From the IMG/VR virus record IMGVR_UViG_3300020190_000040: a stretch of DNA of 64,000 bases. One strand, 5' to 3'. Positions 1 to 9,458 of the stretch are shown piece by piece; the stretch's first letter is position 1; every line of letters begins with the position of its first letter. The notes beneath the pieces are model-generated. The model was not told the DNA's origin. It saw nothing but the letters and a program-made list of their open reading frames with translations, and ran no database searches. This DNA comes from an uncultured virus (IMG/VR IMGVR_UViG_3300020190_000040). Its lineage: Duplodnaviria; Heunggongvirae; Uroviricota; Caudoviricetes; Kyanoviridae. The position numbers and the translations under genes are program-made.

Positions 1-67
1 CTGTATCGCCTGCTCTTATATTCATACGCTTTGCCCACCCTAAATTTGGCCACGTATCTCTATATAT

Positions 68-220
68 TCAATCATTGAAACTCTCCTGAAACTGTTTCCA
101 TCGTTTGTCTAATTGACTATCCATCCAGCCCCATACACCGTGTTCCATACCATCAACACCAGCAACTTCAATCTCATCTTGAATGAGACGCCGCAGCATC
201 TCAATTTGTTCGTCAGTCAT
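68..220 (-). CDS. small hypothetical early protein
   Basis: ORF MTDEQIEML..., GGAGG Shine-Dalgarno just upstream of ATG at 220. Confidence 0.65.
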   Translation of the reverse strand: MTDEQIEMLRRLIQDEIEVAGVDGMEHGVWGWMDSQLDKRWKQFQESFND

Positions 221-221
221 T

Positions 222-461
222 TCAACCTCCTCCAAAAACATAATTAATAACACCTGCGGGATGATTGATATTTTCAATCACCTGAAATGTTCCATCCTTA
301 AAATCTGTTTGTGCGTCAATAATCTCACCACCTGACCACATCTCATAATGCTCAAACTTTTTAACATAAATCTCTTCACAATGAGACATAGATTCGGCAG
401 CAATTACACACATTCCACGAGTAGCATCCCAAAGAACATTGCTGATAATATAGAGATTCAT
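222..461 (-). CDS. hypothetical protein
   Basis: 79-aa ORF in a tightly packed minus-strand run. Confidence 0.7.
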   Translation of the reverse strand: MNLYIISNVLWDATRGMCVIAAESMSHCEEIYVKKFEHYEMWSGGEIIDAQTDFKDGTFQVIENINHPAGVINYVFGGG

Positions 462-513
462 TTTACCACCTTATATGAAAAATTCTATGGTTTGTGTTGA
501 ATTTTGACTTAGA

Positions 514-645
514 TTATTTCTTATAAAATTCTATTTTGAGTTGAGTAATGAGTAAATCAACTTTATCTTCAATACGAGTAAGTCGTTCCTCAATAGTATT
601 TTCTTTAGCAATAAGTTTTAGTTTTTTAATTTGTTCGTTAGTCAT
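514..645 (-). CDS. 43-aa coiled-coil-like hypothetical protein (not in ORF track)
   Basis: Manual translation MTNEQIKKLKLIAKENTIEERLTRIEDKVDLLITQLKIEFYKK; starts 2 nt after the upstream stop. Confidence 0.55.
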   Translation of the reverse strand: MTNEQIKKLKLIAKENTIEERLTRIEDKVDLLITQLKIEFYKK

Positions 646-647
646 AG

Positions 648-953
648 TTATACTCTTACAGGTTCTGCTTGTCTTTCTGGAAGTTTGATTTGTGGAAGTG
701 GTTGTGGTTCACGAACTTCCCAAGACCCACCAACTCCACCGTTCATATTCACAACAATCTCATTGGTTGGTAGTACTTTGGGCATCTGAACATCCACCAC
801 TCGACCCATCAGAAACTGATTGCTAATATAGGTACGGTTCTGTGAATCCATAGCAACCATCGCTAAAGCATCAAGTTCATCACCACAATCTAATAGTTTT
901 TTTCCAGTCTTTTTATCAAGAACTGAAAAATACTCTTCTTTATACTTTTTCAT
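648..953 (-). CDS. hypothetical protein
   Basis: 101-aa ORF, ATGA overlap with upstream gene. Confidence 0.75.
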   Translation of the reverse strand: MKKYKEEYFSVLDKKTGKKLLDCGDELDALAMVAMDSQNRTYISNQFLMGRVVDVQMPKVLPTNEIVVNMNGGVGGSWEVREPQPLPQIKLPERQAEPVRV

Positions 954-1183
954 TGGTAATCATTTGCAAGACGTTCCATTTCTTCTTCTAGACGACGAAG
1001 CAAACCTTCTGTAGTATAAGCACCAGTTTCTTGCTTACGACGCTCCATTTCTTCTTCAATCTTTTGTGTAATAGAAGCGTGGCGACGGATTTCTCCACCC
1101 ATCGACATTTGTTTTTTTGTTTGTTCCATACAGAACTGAAGTTGCATCAGTTCCATATCATCAAAATACATAGTGTTATTCAT
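950..1183 (-). CDS. hypothetical protein
   Basis: 77-aa ORF, ATGA overlaps on both sides. Confidence 0.75.
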   Translation of the reverse strand: MNNTMYFDDMELMQLQFCMEQTKKQMSMGGEIRRHASITQKIEEEMERRKQETGAYTTEGLLRRLEEEMERLANDYQ

Positions 1184-1362
1184 TGGTATTCATCCTCATC
1201 AAATACAAAATAATCGTGAATGGAAGACATTACAGCTTCTTCAATATATTCTTGGACACTATCTTCGTGTGGGTTATCAGTATGTTTATAAGCACGACGC
1301 CATCCATCACGTACACCTTGCTCTACAGCAAGACTGAGAATGTGATACATTTTAGGTTTCAT
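1180..1362 (-). CDS. hypothetical protein
   Basis: 60-aa ORF, ATGA overlaps. Confidence 0.75.
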   Translation of the reverse strand: MKPKMYHILSLAVEQGVRDGWRRAYKHTDNPHEDSVQEYIEEAVMSSIHDYFVFDEDEYQ

Positions 1363-1544
1363 TTGTATTGCTCCAGAACGTCAATAAAGTGTTGAATACA
1401 ATCTTTGGGAATGTGAATGGTTTCAAATCCTTGTCCATTACCATCCTCTACACTCACAGTCCCATGCTCATCAGCAGTAAAATCAAAACTCCAATCATCT
1501 TCTTCGTGTTGAATTTGGATGTGTTTGGTGATAGTGTAGCTCAT
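1359..1544 (-). CDS. hypothetical protein
   Basis: Start at MSYTITK, ATGA overlap, GGAGG upstream. Confidence 0.7.
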   Translation of the reverse strand: MSYTITKHIQIQHEEDDWSFDFTADEHGTVSVEDGNGQGFETIHIPKDCIQHFIDVLEQYK

Positions 1545-1741
1545 AGAACCTCCCATTCAGTTTCCCAGTGGCAATCTTCACTTACATTGACCCAGAAGAA
1601 GTATTTCTGGTTCTCACTAGCGAGAAACAGCATACCATCTCCTTTGTCCTGCTCAACAACACAGATAGGATTACCATCCATAGAGTTAGCAAGACGATTC
1701 TTCGCCTTGCTAGATTTAGGTCTTACAGTGACTCGTCTCAT
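1541..1741 (-). CDS. hypothetical early protein
   Basis: MRRVTVRPKSSKAKNRLANSM..., directly downstream of a sigma70-type promoter. Confidence 0.75.
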   Translation of the reverse strand: MRRVTVRPKSSKAKNRLANSMDGNPICVVEQDKGDGMLFLASENQKYFFWVNVSEDCHWETEWEVL

Positions 1742-1761
1742 TGTTTTATGTATTTGAATAC

Positions 1762-1790
1762 AATATAGCACCGCTCAACGGTGGTGTCAA
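1762..1790 (-). promoter_or_regulatory. sigma70-type early promoter
   Basis: TTGACA-17 nt-TATATT. Confidence 0.8.
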
Positions 1791-1821
1791 GCGGTGTTTC
1801 ATAAGCATTGCTTATCGATAG

Positions 1822-2049
1822 TCATGATGATAATTGTATAATTTTTGAAATATCTATAACAGAAAAAAACGCTTGTAGCACTAGAACATCCCAGGTTTTG
1901 ATTTGAATAGAGAAGGGAACCATGACTAATCCACCGATTAAACGAAACCAGCAACCAGTTTTCATATCACCATAAAGAAGTATAAAATAGCCAATTACAA
2001 GAAGAATACTACCCGTAATTCTAAGGGAGGTTGGTGTCAGTTTAATCAT
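1822..2049 (-). CDS. small membrane protein
   Basis: 75 aa, about three hydrophobic segments. Confidence 0.7.
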   Translation of the reverse strand: MIKLTPTSLRITGSILLVIGYFILLYGDMKTGCWFRLIGGLVMVPFSIQIKTWDVLVLQAFFSVIDISKIIQLSS

Positions 2050-2280
2050 TCAAAACCCCTTTGTTTTTTTACTTTTCTTCGGTTCTTTATGATCTAGAAC
2101 CTCAATGTGACTTAAAAAATGACCACTACGCTCAAACCATCTACGCTGTACATCTTCATAATTATCAAAGATAACAAATTCGCCAGTGCTCGATACTAAT
2201 TTATAATCGTGACGAAGGTAGGGTTCGTTAGATGTTTGTCGAAAAAAGCGTGGGTCGGAAGGGTTAATAAGTTGAGTCAT
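2050..2280 (-). CDS. hypothetical protein
   Basis: 76-aa ORF ending KGF, abutting neighbours. Confidence 0.7.
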   Translation of the reverse strand: MTQLINPSDPRFFRQTSNEPYLRHDYKLVSSTGEFVIFDNYEDVQRRWFERSGHFLSHIEVLDHKEPKKSKKTKGF

Positions 2281-2726
2281 TAGGAATCCTCCTCTTTTTT
2301 GATGATGTTTATGATACCCATGGGGGGTTCTTCAACTTTTTTAGGTGGTTTGCTTTTAGGATTGATTACCCTTTCCGTTTCTTTATAGTACAGCTTGGCA
2401 TCAGTTTTGTCAAAATTTTTATGCTTGACACCACCACCACGATTACGTGATTTCCAATTGATTTTGTTACCCTTTTTGGTGGGGAGTTTTGTTAATACAA
2501 CTTCTTTCTCAATAATTTTTTTATCCCACCATGTTACCCACGGATGATTTAACATAGTCTCATCGGAAAGATCATAAATGTGAAAAACAACTTCTCCATT
2601 TATAATTTCAGATGCCACACCACCAATCAAATCATCAATTTGTTCTCCTGGCACAAAGAAACAATCATATGAATTACTTCCTTGTAATTTGTATCTGTAA
2701 AAAACAGATGTTATTTTATCTGTCAT
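2280..2726 (-). CDS. hypothetical protein
   Basis: 148-aa ORF, coupled overlaps. Confidence 0.7.
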   Translation of the reverse strand: MTDKITSVFYRYKLQGSNSYDCFFVPGEQIDDLIGGVASEIINGEVVFHIYDLSDETMLNHPWVTWWDKKIIEKEVVLTKLPTKKGNKINWKSRNRGGGVKHKNFDKTDAKLYYKETERVINPKSKPPKKVEEPPMGIINIIKKEEDS

Positions 2727-3007
2727 TTCTCATCCTCAAAGAAAGAGTCATAGCTTCTATGCCATGTTGGTGCTAAGATGTCAATATCAAATGTAAATTT
2801 ATAGGCAAAAAATATCATACCAAACAATCTTCCCTGACCCATATGTATTTGTAAATATGGTCCAGAAGGAAAATCACACCATCCTACAGAAAGCTGTAGT
2901 AATGATAATAATTTTAAATTTTTTGGATAATGCTTAGATGTATTGAAAATTTGGACACACCATTCATGCCCATAATCATACCAGTGTTTAAATTGTATCA
3001 GTTTCAT
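2723..3007 (-). CDS. hypothetical protein
   Basis: 94-aa ORF. Confidence 0.7.
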   Translation of the reverse strand: MKLIQFKHWYDYGHEWCVQIFNTSKHYPKNLKLLSLLQLSVGWCDFPSGPYLQIHMGQGRLFGMIFFAYKFTFDIDILAPTWHRSYDSFFEDEK

Positions 3008-3341
3008 ATTTTTCTAGCTCTACATCTTTTAGGAGGTCTTTCATTCTATCAAAAAAATCTTCATCTGCAGGAATGAGTTCTTCTTGACCTTTATCTATTC
3101 TATCACACATTTCCAGTAAATGCTCAAGGAATTCTTTAGGTAAGGTATCATCATCACCTAAAGAACCCCAGAACCAATCTACACATTCTTCATAAGGATC
3201 ATCATACCACATCAGGGCATAGTCCTTATAGTTTCCCGTCATCAAGTCTGCCCAGATACGGAACGACCCACGAATTGATTGCCAACCAGTCATCCAACAA
3301 TGACCAATATAATACTCAAACCAGCTGAGTTTAGTTTTCAT
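2988..3341 (-). CDS. hypothetical protein
   Basis: 117-aa Trp-rich ORF. Confidence 0.75.
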   Translation of the reverse strand: MKTKLSWFEYYIGHCWMTGWQSIRGSFRIWADLMTGNYKDYALMWYDDPYEECVDWFWGSLGDDDTLPKEFLEHLLEMCDRIDKGQEELIPADEDFFDRMKDLLKDVELEKYETDTI

Positions 3342-3988
3342 AAAAAATTCTTAAAAGGACATTGCTTGGAAAATAACCGTCTGTGTAACGTTGATCTATT
3401 AGAATTTGATGGTTTTGATACGATACGTTGATCTATAATATGTTTAGGGACATCTTTAGAATGAAGTAATTTCACTCCTGAATTTAGATCTTCTCCATAG
3501 AATCTGATTCTATATAAAGGATCTCCCTTTTTAATGATGATAGAATTATCTTTATTGACATATTTGACCGCTGTGCTTACTGACCTCGGATGATTAAAAA
3601 GATTCCACCATCCACCAATAACAATCATATTATTGTTATAAGAAGTCATTGGATGATCTAACATTTCAACCCAAAGATTTTTTTCTTCGGTCCAAAAATA
3701 ATATAATGGAAATGATAATTGTAAAACAGGATGCTGTGAATCTAATTCATCAGCATCCGTAATCATTTTGCCATAAAGAGGATTCATCTCATAATCTAAA
3801 TATTCACCATTTATTTTTATTTCAAAATCTATTGGTGATACAGCCACAAACGTTCTATTATGTTTATGTTTCCAAACAGGACAGTTGTGATAATGATGAT
3901 GTTCAGATGGTTCTAAATCTCTTTCGGATAAAATATCATGTCCATCAGCATTTGGTGGTTTTATAGGTGAATAAAATACTTTATACAA
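3338..3988 (-). CDS. hypothetical protein (possible dUTPase-like beta fold)
   Basis: 216-aa ORF with CP motifs and IKKGDPLYRIRF; fold is a guess. Confidence 0.7.
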   Translation of the reverse strand: MYKVFYSPIKPPNADGHDILSERDLEPSEHHHYHNCPVWKHKHNRTFVAVSPIDFEIKINGEYLDYEMNPLYGKMITDADELDSQHPVLQLSFPLYYFWTEEKNLWVEMLDHPMTSYNNNMIVIGGWWNLFNHPRSVSTAVKYVNKDNSIIIKKGDPLYRIRFYGEDLNSGVKLLHSKDVPKHIIDQRIVSKPSNSNRSTLHRRLFSKQCPFKNFL

Positions 3989-4033
3989 CTATTCTCTCCT
4001 ATTCCATAATTTTAGGATACTCGTTTTGGGCGC

Positions 4034-4363
4034 TCATTCAAATTCCCCAGTGCGATTTTTGATTGCTCCTGAGCGATATACGCCCTCAATTCTGGTGTTT
4101 CCATCCACTCCCAAGTTGTGCCGTCTTTCTGAGTGTAACTTTTCAGAATAGTTTGAATTTTCATAGACTTCTACCTCAACATTAATTTGATTGTCATTCC
4201 AGTGTCTCACCACACCTGCTATAATAAAAGCATTTGTGACAAGATATGTAGCAAACATAAGAGTGCGAATGATAGCAACCTTATCTGCTTCGTTGTCGTT
4301 GTCGCTTGCTTTTTGACCCAGTGACTTTGCCCACCAACGCCACACCATTCGTGGATACTTCAT
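4034..4363 (-). CDS. membrane-anchored hypothetical protein
   Basis: WRWWAKSLGQK then one TM helix; start uncertain. Confidence 0.7.
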   Translation of the reverse strand: MKYPRMVWRWWAKSLGQKASDNDNEADKVAIIRTLMFATYLVTNAFIIAGVVRHWNDNQINVEVEVYENSNYSEKLHSERRHNLGVDGNTRIEGVYRSGAIKNRTGEFE

Positions 4364-4517
4364 AATTTTTAGGATTTAATTTTTCTCGTTCAATAAGTTT
4401 ATTTAAATGTTCTTCGTGAATAAACCAGCAAACTCTATTTTCTTTTTTAATATCTAAACGATATGGAAACGTTTCATATGGAAATTTAGAATTAGTCACT
4501 TGCCCTCCATTGTGCAT
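4281..4517 (-). CDS. hypothetical protein
   Basis: 78-aa ORF FPYETFPYRL...CWF. Confidence 0.65.
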   Translation of the reverse strand: MHNGGQVTNSKFPYETFPYRLDIKKENRVCWFIHEEHLNKLIEREKLNPKNYEVSTNGVALVGKVTGSKSKRQRQRSR

Positions 4518-4698
4518 ATACAGATGTGTCTGTAGTTGTTAAGACACGGTTTTGTTGAAATGCTTCCACAGTTGTTAGAATCTCATGTGCTTTTCTTTTT
4601 GCTAGCTGCTCATCCCAATATTTGTGCTCCCATGCATCATAGAGATGCATAATGAGCGTGTCAATTAATTTATCGTAATGCGTCATGTTAATCATCAA
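4492..4698 (-). CDS. hypothetical protein
   Basis: 68-aa ORF. Confidence 0.65.
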   Translation of the reverse strand: MMINMTHYDKLIDTLIMHLYDAWEHKYWDEQLAKRKAHEILTTVEAFQQNRVLTTTDTSVYAQWRASD

Positions 4699-4955
4699 TC
4701 AATAGGTCGTGATGAGTCATTTTGTTCCATTTCTTTTTGTAGTTTACGAGTCATTCGATTGAATTTATAATTCATACTCCAGGTGGTAAGTTTATTATCT
4801 GGATGAAAAACAACCATATAATATAATCTTTTCAAGTTGATAACGAAGAGTTGAAACATAATCTCAATATATCTAACTACATTTTCATCTACAATCATCA
4901 TATATGCTATTACAGCAAATATAGTAAAGATAATATAGTAGTAAATATTAAGCAT
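4695..4955 (-). CDS. membrane hypothetical protein
   Basis: 86 aa, N-terminal TM segment. Confidence 0.7.
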   Translation of the reverse strand: MLNIYYYIIFTIFAVIAYMMIVDENVVRYIEIMFQLFVINLKRLYYMVVFHPDNKLTTWSMNYKFNRMTRKLQKEMEQNDSSRPID

Positions 4956-4987
4956 AATTATTTTCCGTTACACGTTATATATGAGAA

Positions 4988-5827
4988 TTATACCATGAAA
5001 GATTCTAGCACAGTTTGTGGTTTTTGTATAGAGTGCTCTGGATGCTTGACAATCACCAATTCAGTTTTATCGTAACGTTTGGTGCCCGACATTTGATAAG
5101 GGAATGTAAGATACCTGAATTCTGTCCACCCTTGATAGAGTTCACGAACAGCATCACTGTTGTCATAAGACATCACGAACCCACCTTTGTGTTGCTTCAA
5201 AGTATCACAGAATGCTTCGTGATCAAATGATTTGTGAAGGGCACCATCTTTACCATAATAGTGGCTAACAGTCTCGTAATATGGTGGATCCAGATACAAG
5301 AAGTCATTTTTGTGCTTTGGAATCGTGTCGAAGCAACTACCGTAGGCAAACGACAGGTTCGGGTTATAAAAATTCCTAAGTTTATCAATTCCCACAAGTC
5401 TGAACTCTGCTCTAGACTTAACGGTAGAACATCCGATCTTACCTGAGTACGAACCCTTGATTGCAATGTAAAATGCCCACGCTCTGATGAACTTATCCTC
5501 ACTATCCAACAACGGAAGGAAGGATTTATAGTGATTGCTATCAATTAATGGGTAATGCTTGGTCACTTCATCAGCGATTCGCCCGCCGCCACCTGCCGTG
5601 ACGATCTCCCAGAAGTCTGCTAGCGGTCGAAAAATATCATACGATTGCACCTTGATACCTTGTGCTGCCATCAGAATCTCAGTTGATCCTCCACCCATAA
5701 ATGGCGCTACAATCTTGGTCAAACCAGGATTTACATCCTTGATAATCTGAATCAAATCTTTTTTCATCCTGTTCTTACCACCAGCGTAACGATACAGGGA
5801 ATGGTTAGTCAGTTTAGATGTTGCCAT
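4988..5827 (-). CDS. DNA adenine methyltransferase (Dam/D12-like)
   Basis: YAGGK, PFMGGGS (SAM-binding motif I), DPPY (catalytic motif IV). Confidence 0.92.
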   Translation of the reverse strand: MATSKLTNHSLYRYAGGKNRMKKDLIQIIKDVNPGLTKIVAPFMGGGSTEILMAAQGIKVQSYDIFRPLADFWEIVTAGGGGRIADEVTKHYPLIDSNHYKSFLPLLDSEDKFIRAWAFYIAIKGSYSGKIGCSTVKSRAEFRLVGIDKLRNFYNPNLSFAYGSCFDTIPKHKNDFLYLDPPYYETVSHYYGKDGALHKSFDHEAFCDTLKQHKGGFVMSYDNSDAVRELYQGWTEFRYLTFPYQMSGTKRYDKTELVIVKHPEHSIQKPQTVLESFMV

Positions 5828-6807
5828 GTATAATTGTTTCGGATGATGTTAGCAATAAATTTGTCTCTATTATAACTTGGATAGATGTGATTTGACAACT
5901 CTATGATTTCTGTGGTAAGAATAGCATAGACATCGTTTTGAATCTTTCCATTCAAATAAGTACTACGAAATAACCTAGCAGATTTATAAATTTCTCGTGC
6001 CAGATCAGGATCGCCAAACAGATATTCAGCAGCAATAGTGCTTAGAATGTCCACATAGTTACCTTGACTACCACCTTTACGTTCCTCTCCTGTTTTTTTC
6101 AGGATACGAAACTCACTGAGAGATGACATACCAATATTACGCCACACATATTTGTCATACTTTGGTGTTGTACGTGTCAACCAGTATGTTCGTAACTCAT
6201 CCTCATTCATGGAGAGAATTTCAGATTTCTTTTTCTGCCCACGTTTGACAGCATCTTTCATATCCTTATACCATTTGGCATATTCAAGTTCTCCCATGTT
6301 ATAACGCTGTTCACAACGTTCAAGGAAGCTCTCTACAGATTGCTTTTTATTCTCATTTACATTAGCGAGAACAAGTACAATGTTGTCTGGGTGGTCGCCA
6401 CCACTAGGATTAATATGTTCTACCTGAAAATCTAGAATATGGTAAGGACCATCACCACTGTAAGCACAGCAACGATCCTGATTGAGATACATTTGAGTTA
6501 CAAGAATACCCCTATCATTCGTAGGTTGAACATTAGGAGAATCAATTGTCTCAGTTGTAGGATTGTAGTAACCTTTAGCGAGTTGCTGCCCAGATTTACG
6601 AATATCTGCTCGCTCATCTGTTGTGAAGGTAGAATATGCCAGTGCTGCTGATTCCCATCCAAAATCGTTGATTTTTGAATTGTTGATAATCTCAGCAGCT
6701 GATCCAGTAAGAATATGCTTACGAGCAACCACACCTTCCAGTTGCTTGTATGTCAGCAACTGGTCTTTGTAATCGATTTTACGGGTAAGTTTAGTAAGTT
6801 TAGTCAT
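5809..6807 (-). CDS. HNH endonuclease-domain protein
   Basis: CCAYSG...VEHINP...DNIVLV...N..K HNH pattern. Confidence 0.8.
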   Translation of the reverse strand: MTKLTKLTRKIDYKDQLLTYKQLEGVVARKHILTGSAAEIINNSKINDFGWESAALAYSTFTTDERADIRKSGQQLAKGYYNPTTETIDSPNVQPTNDRGILVTQMYLNQDRCCAYSGDGPYHILDFQVEHINPSGGDHPDNIVLVLANVNENKKQSVESFLERCEQRYNMGELEYAKWYKDMKDAVKRGQKKKSEILSMNEDELRTYWLTRTTPKYDKYVWRNIGMSSLSEFRILKKTGEERKGGSQGNYVDILSTIAAEYLFGDPDLAREIYKSARLFRSTYLNGKIQNDVYAILTTEIIELSNHIYPSYNRDKFIANIIRNNYTWQHLN

Positions 6808-8042
6808 CGGTTGACCACAGAAACAGCGGGTTTGCCTTGAACGAAAATAGTATCGACAAGGTTCTGAAGACGTTTGATAGTACGATCACCATAGTTCTTG
6901 AACACAGGAACAGTCACAAAACCAGTGGGTTTACGGTACATAGCATAGTCACCAACAGCAATTCTACCACTAGAAAGGTCAGCAGCATCGTCTTTATTGA
7001 GACGGATAACCCTACCGATAGTCTGTGCCATCTCGATGACATCAAGAGTACGGAGCAGAATGGTGTGAGTCAGACCATGAACGTTGATACCCTCAGCAAG
7101 AATGCTATAATGGAAAATTACAAATTTACGGTTGGGATCTTTGCCCCAAGCATTGAACGTATCAAAGAATACCTCACGGTTGACTTTGGTTTTGTTAACC
7201 CAAGCACCATACTTGCTAGTGATATGAAGCACATCATAACCACGATCTTCAAGGTCATTGAGAATAGTAGTTTGAGACAGCAGATTCCACATCACTTTGC
7301 TGCTAGGAACTGCCACCAGAATTTTAGAAGCAGCATCCTCATCCAGTTCGTCGATAATATTAACGAGAGTAACATGATCGCTGCTAGCAGCAAGATCACC
7401 TTTCAAACGTTCGTAATCAACAACGTAAGGAACAACGGTAGGAGGAAGAATATAACCTTGCTTGACCATATCGGTAGCAGGAACATCACAGATAACCTTA
7501 CCGTATACATCAATATCATTCATGCCTGGTTTAGACATAGTGTTGGAATGCTTAGGAGTGGCAGTAAAGAAATAGCAACGATCAGCAGCACCAGAAAAAT
7601 ATTCTATAGCAGGAAAGAAATTCTTCTTGATAGAATTATGTGCCTCGTCACAATAGACAGTGTGGACATCAATGCCAGACTGCTGAACCCGAATAAGAGA
7701 GTTATAGGTTGTGAAAATAAGTTTGTTGTGGGACTTATGACTCTCCACCCATTGACTGATTACATTGGGGTTAGTAGTCTTGAAGTGGTGAGTTTCACCA
7801 CTATGAATATGAAGTACAGAAGCGTTAGTAATGTGCTCAAGAAACTCAGCAGACAGTTGCTCTGCCAGAAGGATCCTAGGAGCGACCACAACGACCGTAG
7901 CGGCGTCTACAGTGTCAAACACACGAATACAGTCATGAATCATTGTAGGGGTCTTGCCAGCGCCCGTAGGCATGAGCAGTTGACCGATGTTATACTGCTC
8001 CATAGCAGCACAACCACTCTGTTGGTGAGGACGAAGCAACAT
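6804..8042 (-). CDS. SF2 DEAH helicase (type III restriction Res-like)
   Basis: LRPHQ, PTGAGKT, DEAH, TATP, ILAEGINV, QTIGRVIR; start reassigned to MLLRPHQ, downstream of the promoter. Confidence 0.92.
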   Translation of the reverse strand: MLLRPHQQSGCAAMEQYNIGQLLMPTGAGKTPTMIHDCIRVFDTVDAATVVVVAPRILLAEQLSAEFLEHITNASVLHIHSGETHHFKTTNPNVISQWVESHKSHNKLIFTTYNSLIRVQQSGIDVHTVYCDEAHNSIKKNFFPAIEYFSGAADRCYFFTATPKHSNTMSKPGMNDIDVYGKVICDVPATDMVKQGYILPPTVVPYVVDYERLKGDLAASSDHVTLVNIIDELDEDAASKILVAVPSSKVMWNLLSQTTILNDLEDRGYDVLHITSKYGAWVNKTKVNREVFFDTFNAWGKDPNRKFVIFHYSILAEGINVHGLTHTILLRTLDVIEMAQTIGRVIRLNKDDAADLSSGRIAVGDYAMYRKPTGFVTVPVFKNYGDRTIKRLQNLVDTIFVQGKPAVSVVNR

Positions 8043-8067
8043 AACGAGGTGAAATGTCAATACAGAT

Positions 8068-8096
8068 AGTATGGCATAAAAAAAGGGGTCTGTCAA
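8068..8096 (-). promoter_or_regulatory. sigma70-type promoter embedded in a terminator hairpin
   Basis: TTGACA-17-CATACT; -35 is the loop of GGGTC/GACCC stem followed by a T-run. Confidence 0.75.
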
Positions 8097-8114
8097 GACC
8101 CTTATGCCAATTAT

Positions 8115-8495
8115 TCAACTGGTTCGTGGTGGTGGTATTCTGTCAGACAATCCAGATAATGAATCGTTAGCATAAGCTAAATTGCCATTACTGAATATAA
8201 AAAACTGAACAAAGAAATCCATATCTCCATTTTTATTCATTGGAAAATTTTGAATTCCAAAGTCATATGCTTCTTCTTCGGAATCAAATTCTAAGAAAGT
8301 AAATTCATTATACAAAAATTTATTAAAGAAATCAACTCGATCTGATTCAAAATTTGATTTATAAACAGAATAAATGTGATTTACTTTTTCAACATCAGTA
8401 GCACTATCTGGTCCTGTTGTTCTGATAACCATTAAAGTTTTATTTAATGCTTCAGTCCATTCAATAATAAATTCTACAAAATCCCTAGCTATCAT
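8115..8495 (-). CDS. hypothetical protein
   Basis: 126-aa ORF, ATGA overlap. Confidence 0.75.
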   Translation of the reverse strand: MIARDFVEFIIEWTEALNKTLMVIRTTGPDSATDVEKVNHIYSVYKSNFESDRVDFFNKFLYNEFTFLEFDSEEEAYDFGIQNFPMNKNGDMDFFVQFFIFSNGNLAYANDSLSGLSDRIPPPRTS

Positions 8496-9433
8496 TGATC
8501 TTCTCCTACATTTAATTTGATATCATCAATATTTTCTAACAAAGAATATCTTCTGATAATATCATACATTTCTTTATTGATTGGTATACCGTTTTCTTCA
8601 TTGTATTTAAATGTTTTGATAGCCAAGTTCAGTTTCTCATCGTAAATATTTACTTTATCTTCAGTCATTGAAGTGTCAGCAAAAACAAACTGTTCTGATG
8701 TTGAAAGATATTCAACATCATTATTTGGGTACATCTGATGGTATTGTTCTGGATTAATTGGCCATTTAAATTCTTCTTTATAGATAAGAAAATCTAAATC
8801 AGTTTCAAATTCTTCTGGTTTCTTTGGAGAATTTCTAATTTTTTGCCTCCATTGTTTCCACAATTCTCTTTCACCATCAAACCTTTGTGGGGCGTCATCC
8901 AAAATTCTCCAATCAGTTTCTCTAAGCATTCGTTCAGATTCTTGAAGAGTTTGAACGTACATACGATCTAGAAAAACATCTTTTTTAGCTAAAGAAACTA
9001 GAGAACTATTTCTAGCATTTTCATTCTTAGCATTTTGTAAAAAGACTGCTGCTTTTAAGGCATCAAAAATTTCTTTGGCATCAGACTGACTAAAATTTTT
9101 ATATTCGTATCTAACCCAATATGTTTCTTTTGTTTCAAAATTATATTTTAATTTTTCTTTTTCCAAAAGAGATTTACCATTTTCATGAACAGCAAATAAC
9201 AATATTCTATCATTTTCATTCGTCCATTCATCAGGTAAATATGTCAACAAATTATTATTAACGACTTCTGACAGATGGACAGCATTATACTCATACTCTT
9301 TTGTAGATGGATCCTTTACTCTAACGTAAATTAATCTAGCTTTAGCGTCATATTCTATTAAAGTTGGATTATCCTCAGGCAATTCTAATTTTTGAAAAAC
9401 AAAATCATCTGGATTAAAAACTGGTTTTGACAT
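8492..9433 (-). CDS. tail fibre assembly chaperone-like protein
   Basis: MLRETDWRILDDAP...WKQWRQKIRNSP motif; follows the fibre gene; ATAAATA late promoter at 9451-9457. Confidence 0.75.
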   Translation of the reverse strand: MSKPVFNPDDFVFQKLELPEDNPTLIEYDAKARLIYVRVKDPSTKEYEYNAVHLSEVVNNNLLTYLPDEWTNENDRILLFAVHENGKSLLEKEKLKYNFETKETYWVRYEYKNFSQSDAKEIFDALKAAVFLQNAKNENARNSSLVSLAKKDVFLDRMYVQTLQESERMLRETDWRILDDAPQRFDGERELWKQWRQKIRNSPKKPEEFETDLDFLIYKEEFKWPINPEQYHQMYPNNDVEYLSTSEQFVFADTSMTEDKVNIYDEKLNLAIKTFKYNEENGIPINKEMYDIIRRYSLLENIDDIKLNVGEDQ

Positions 9434-9458
9434 TTTAAATCTTTTATTGTTATTTATT

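Noticed and set aside
6837..8069. 410-aa plus-strand ORF antisense to the helicase
   Set aside because: Codon-aligned shadow of a biased gene; no motifs, SD or promoter seen
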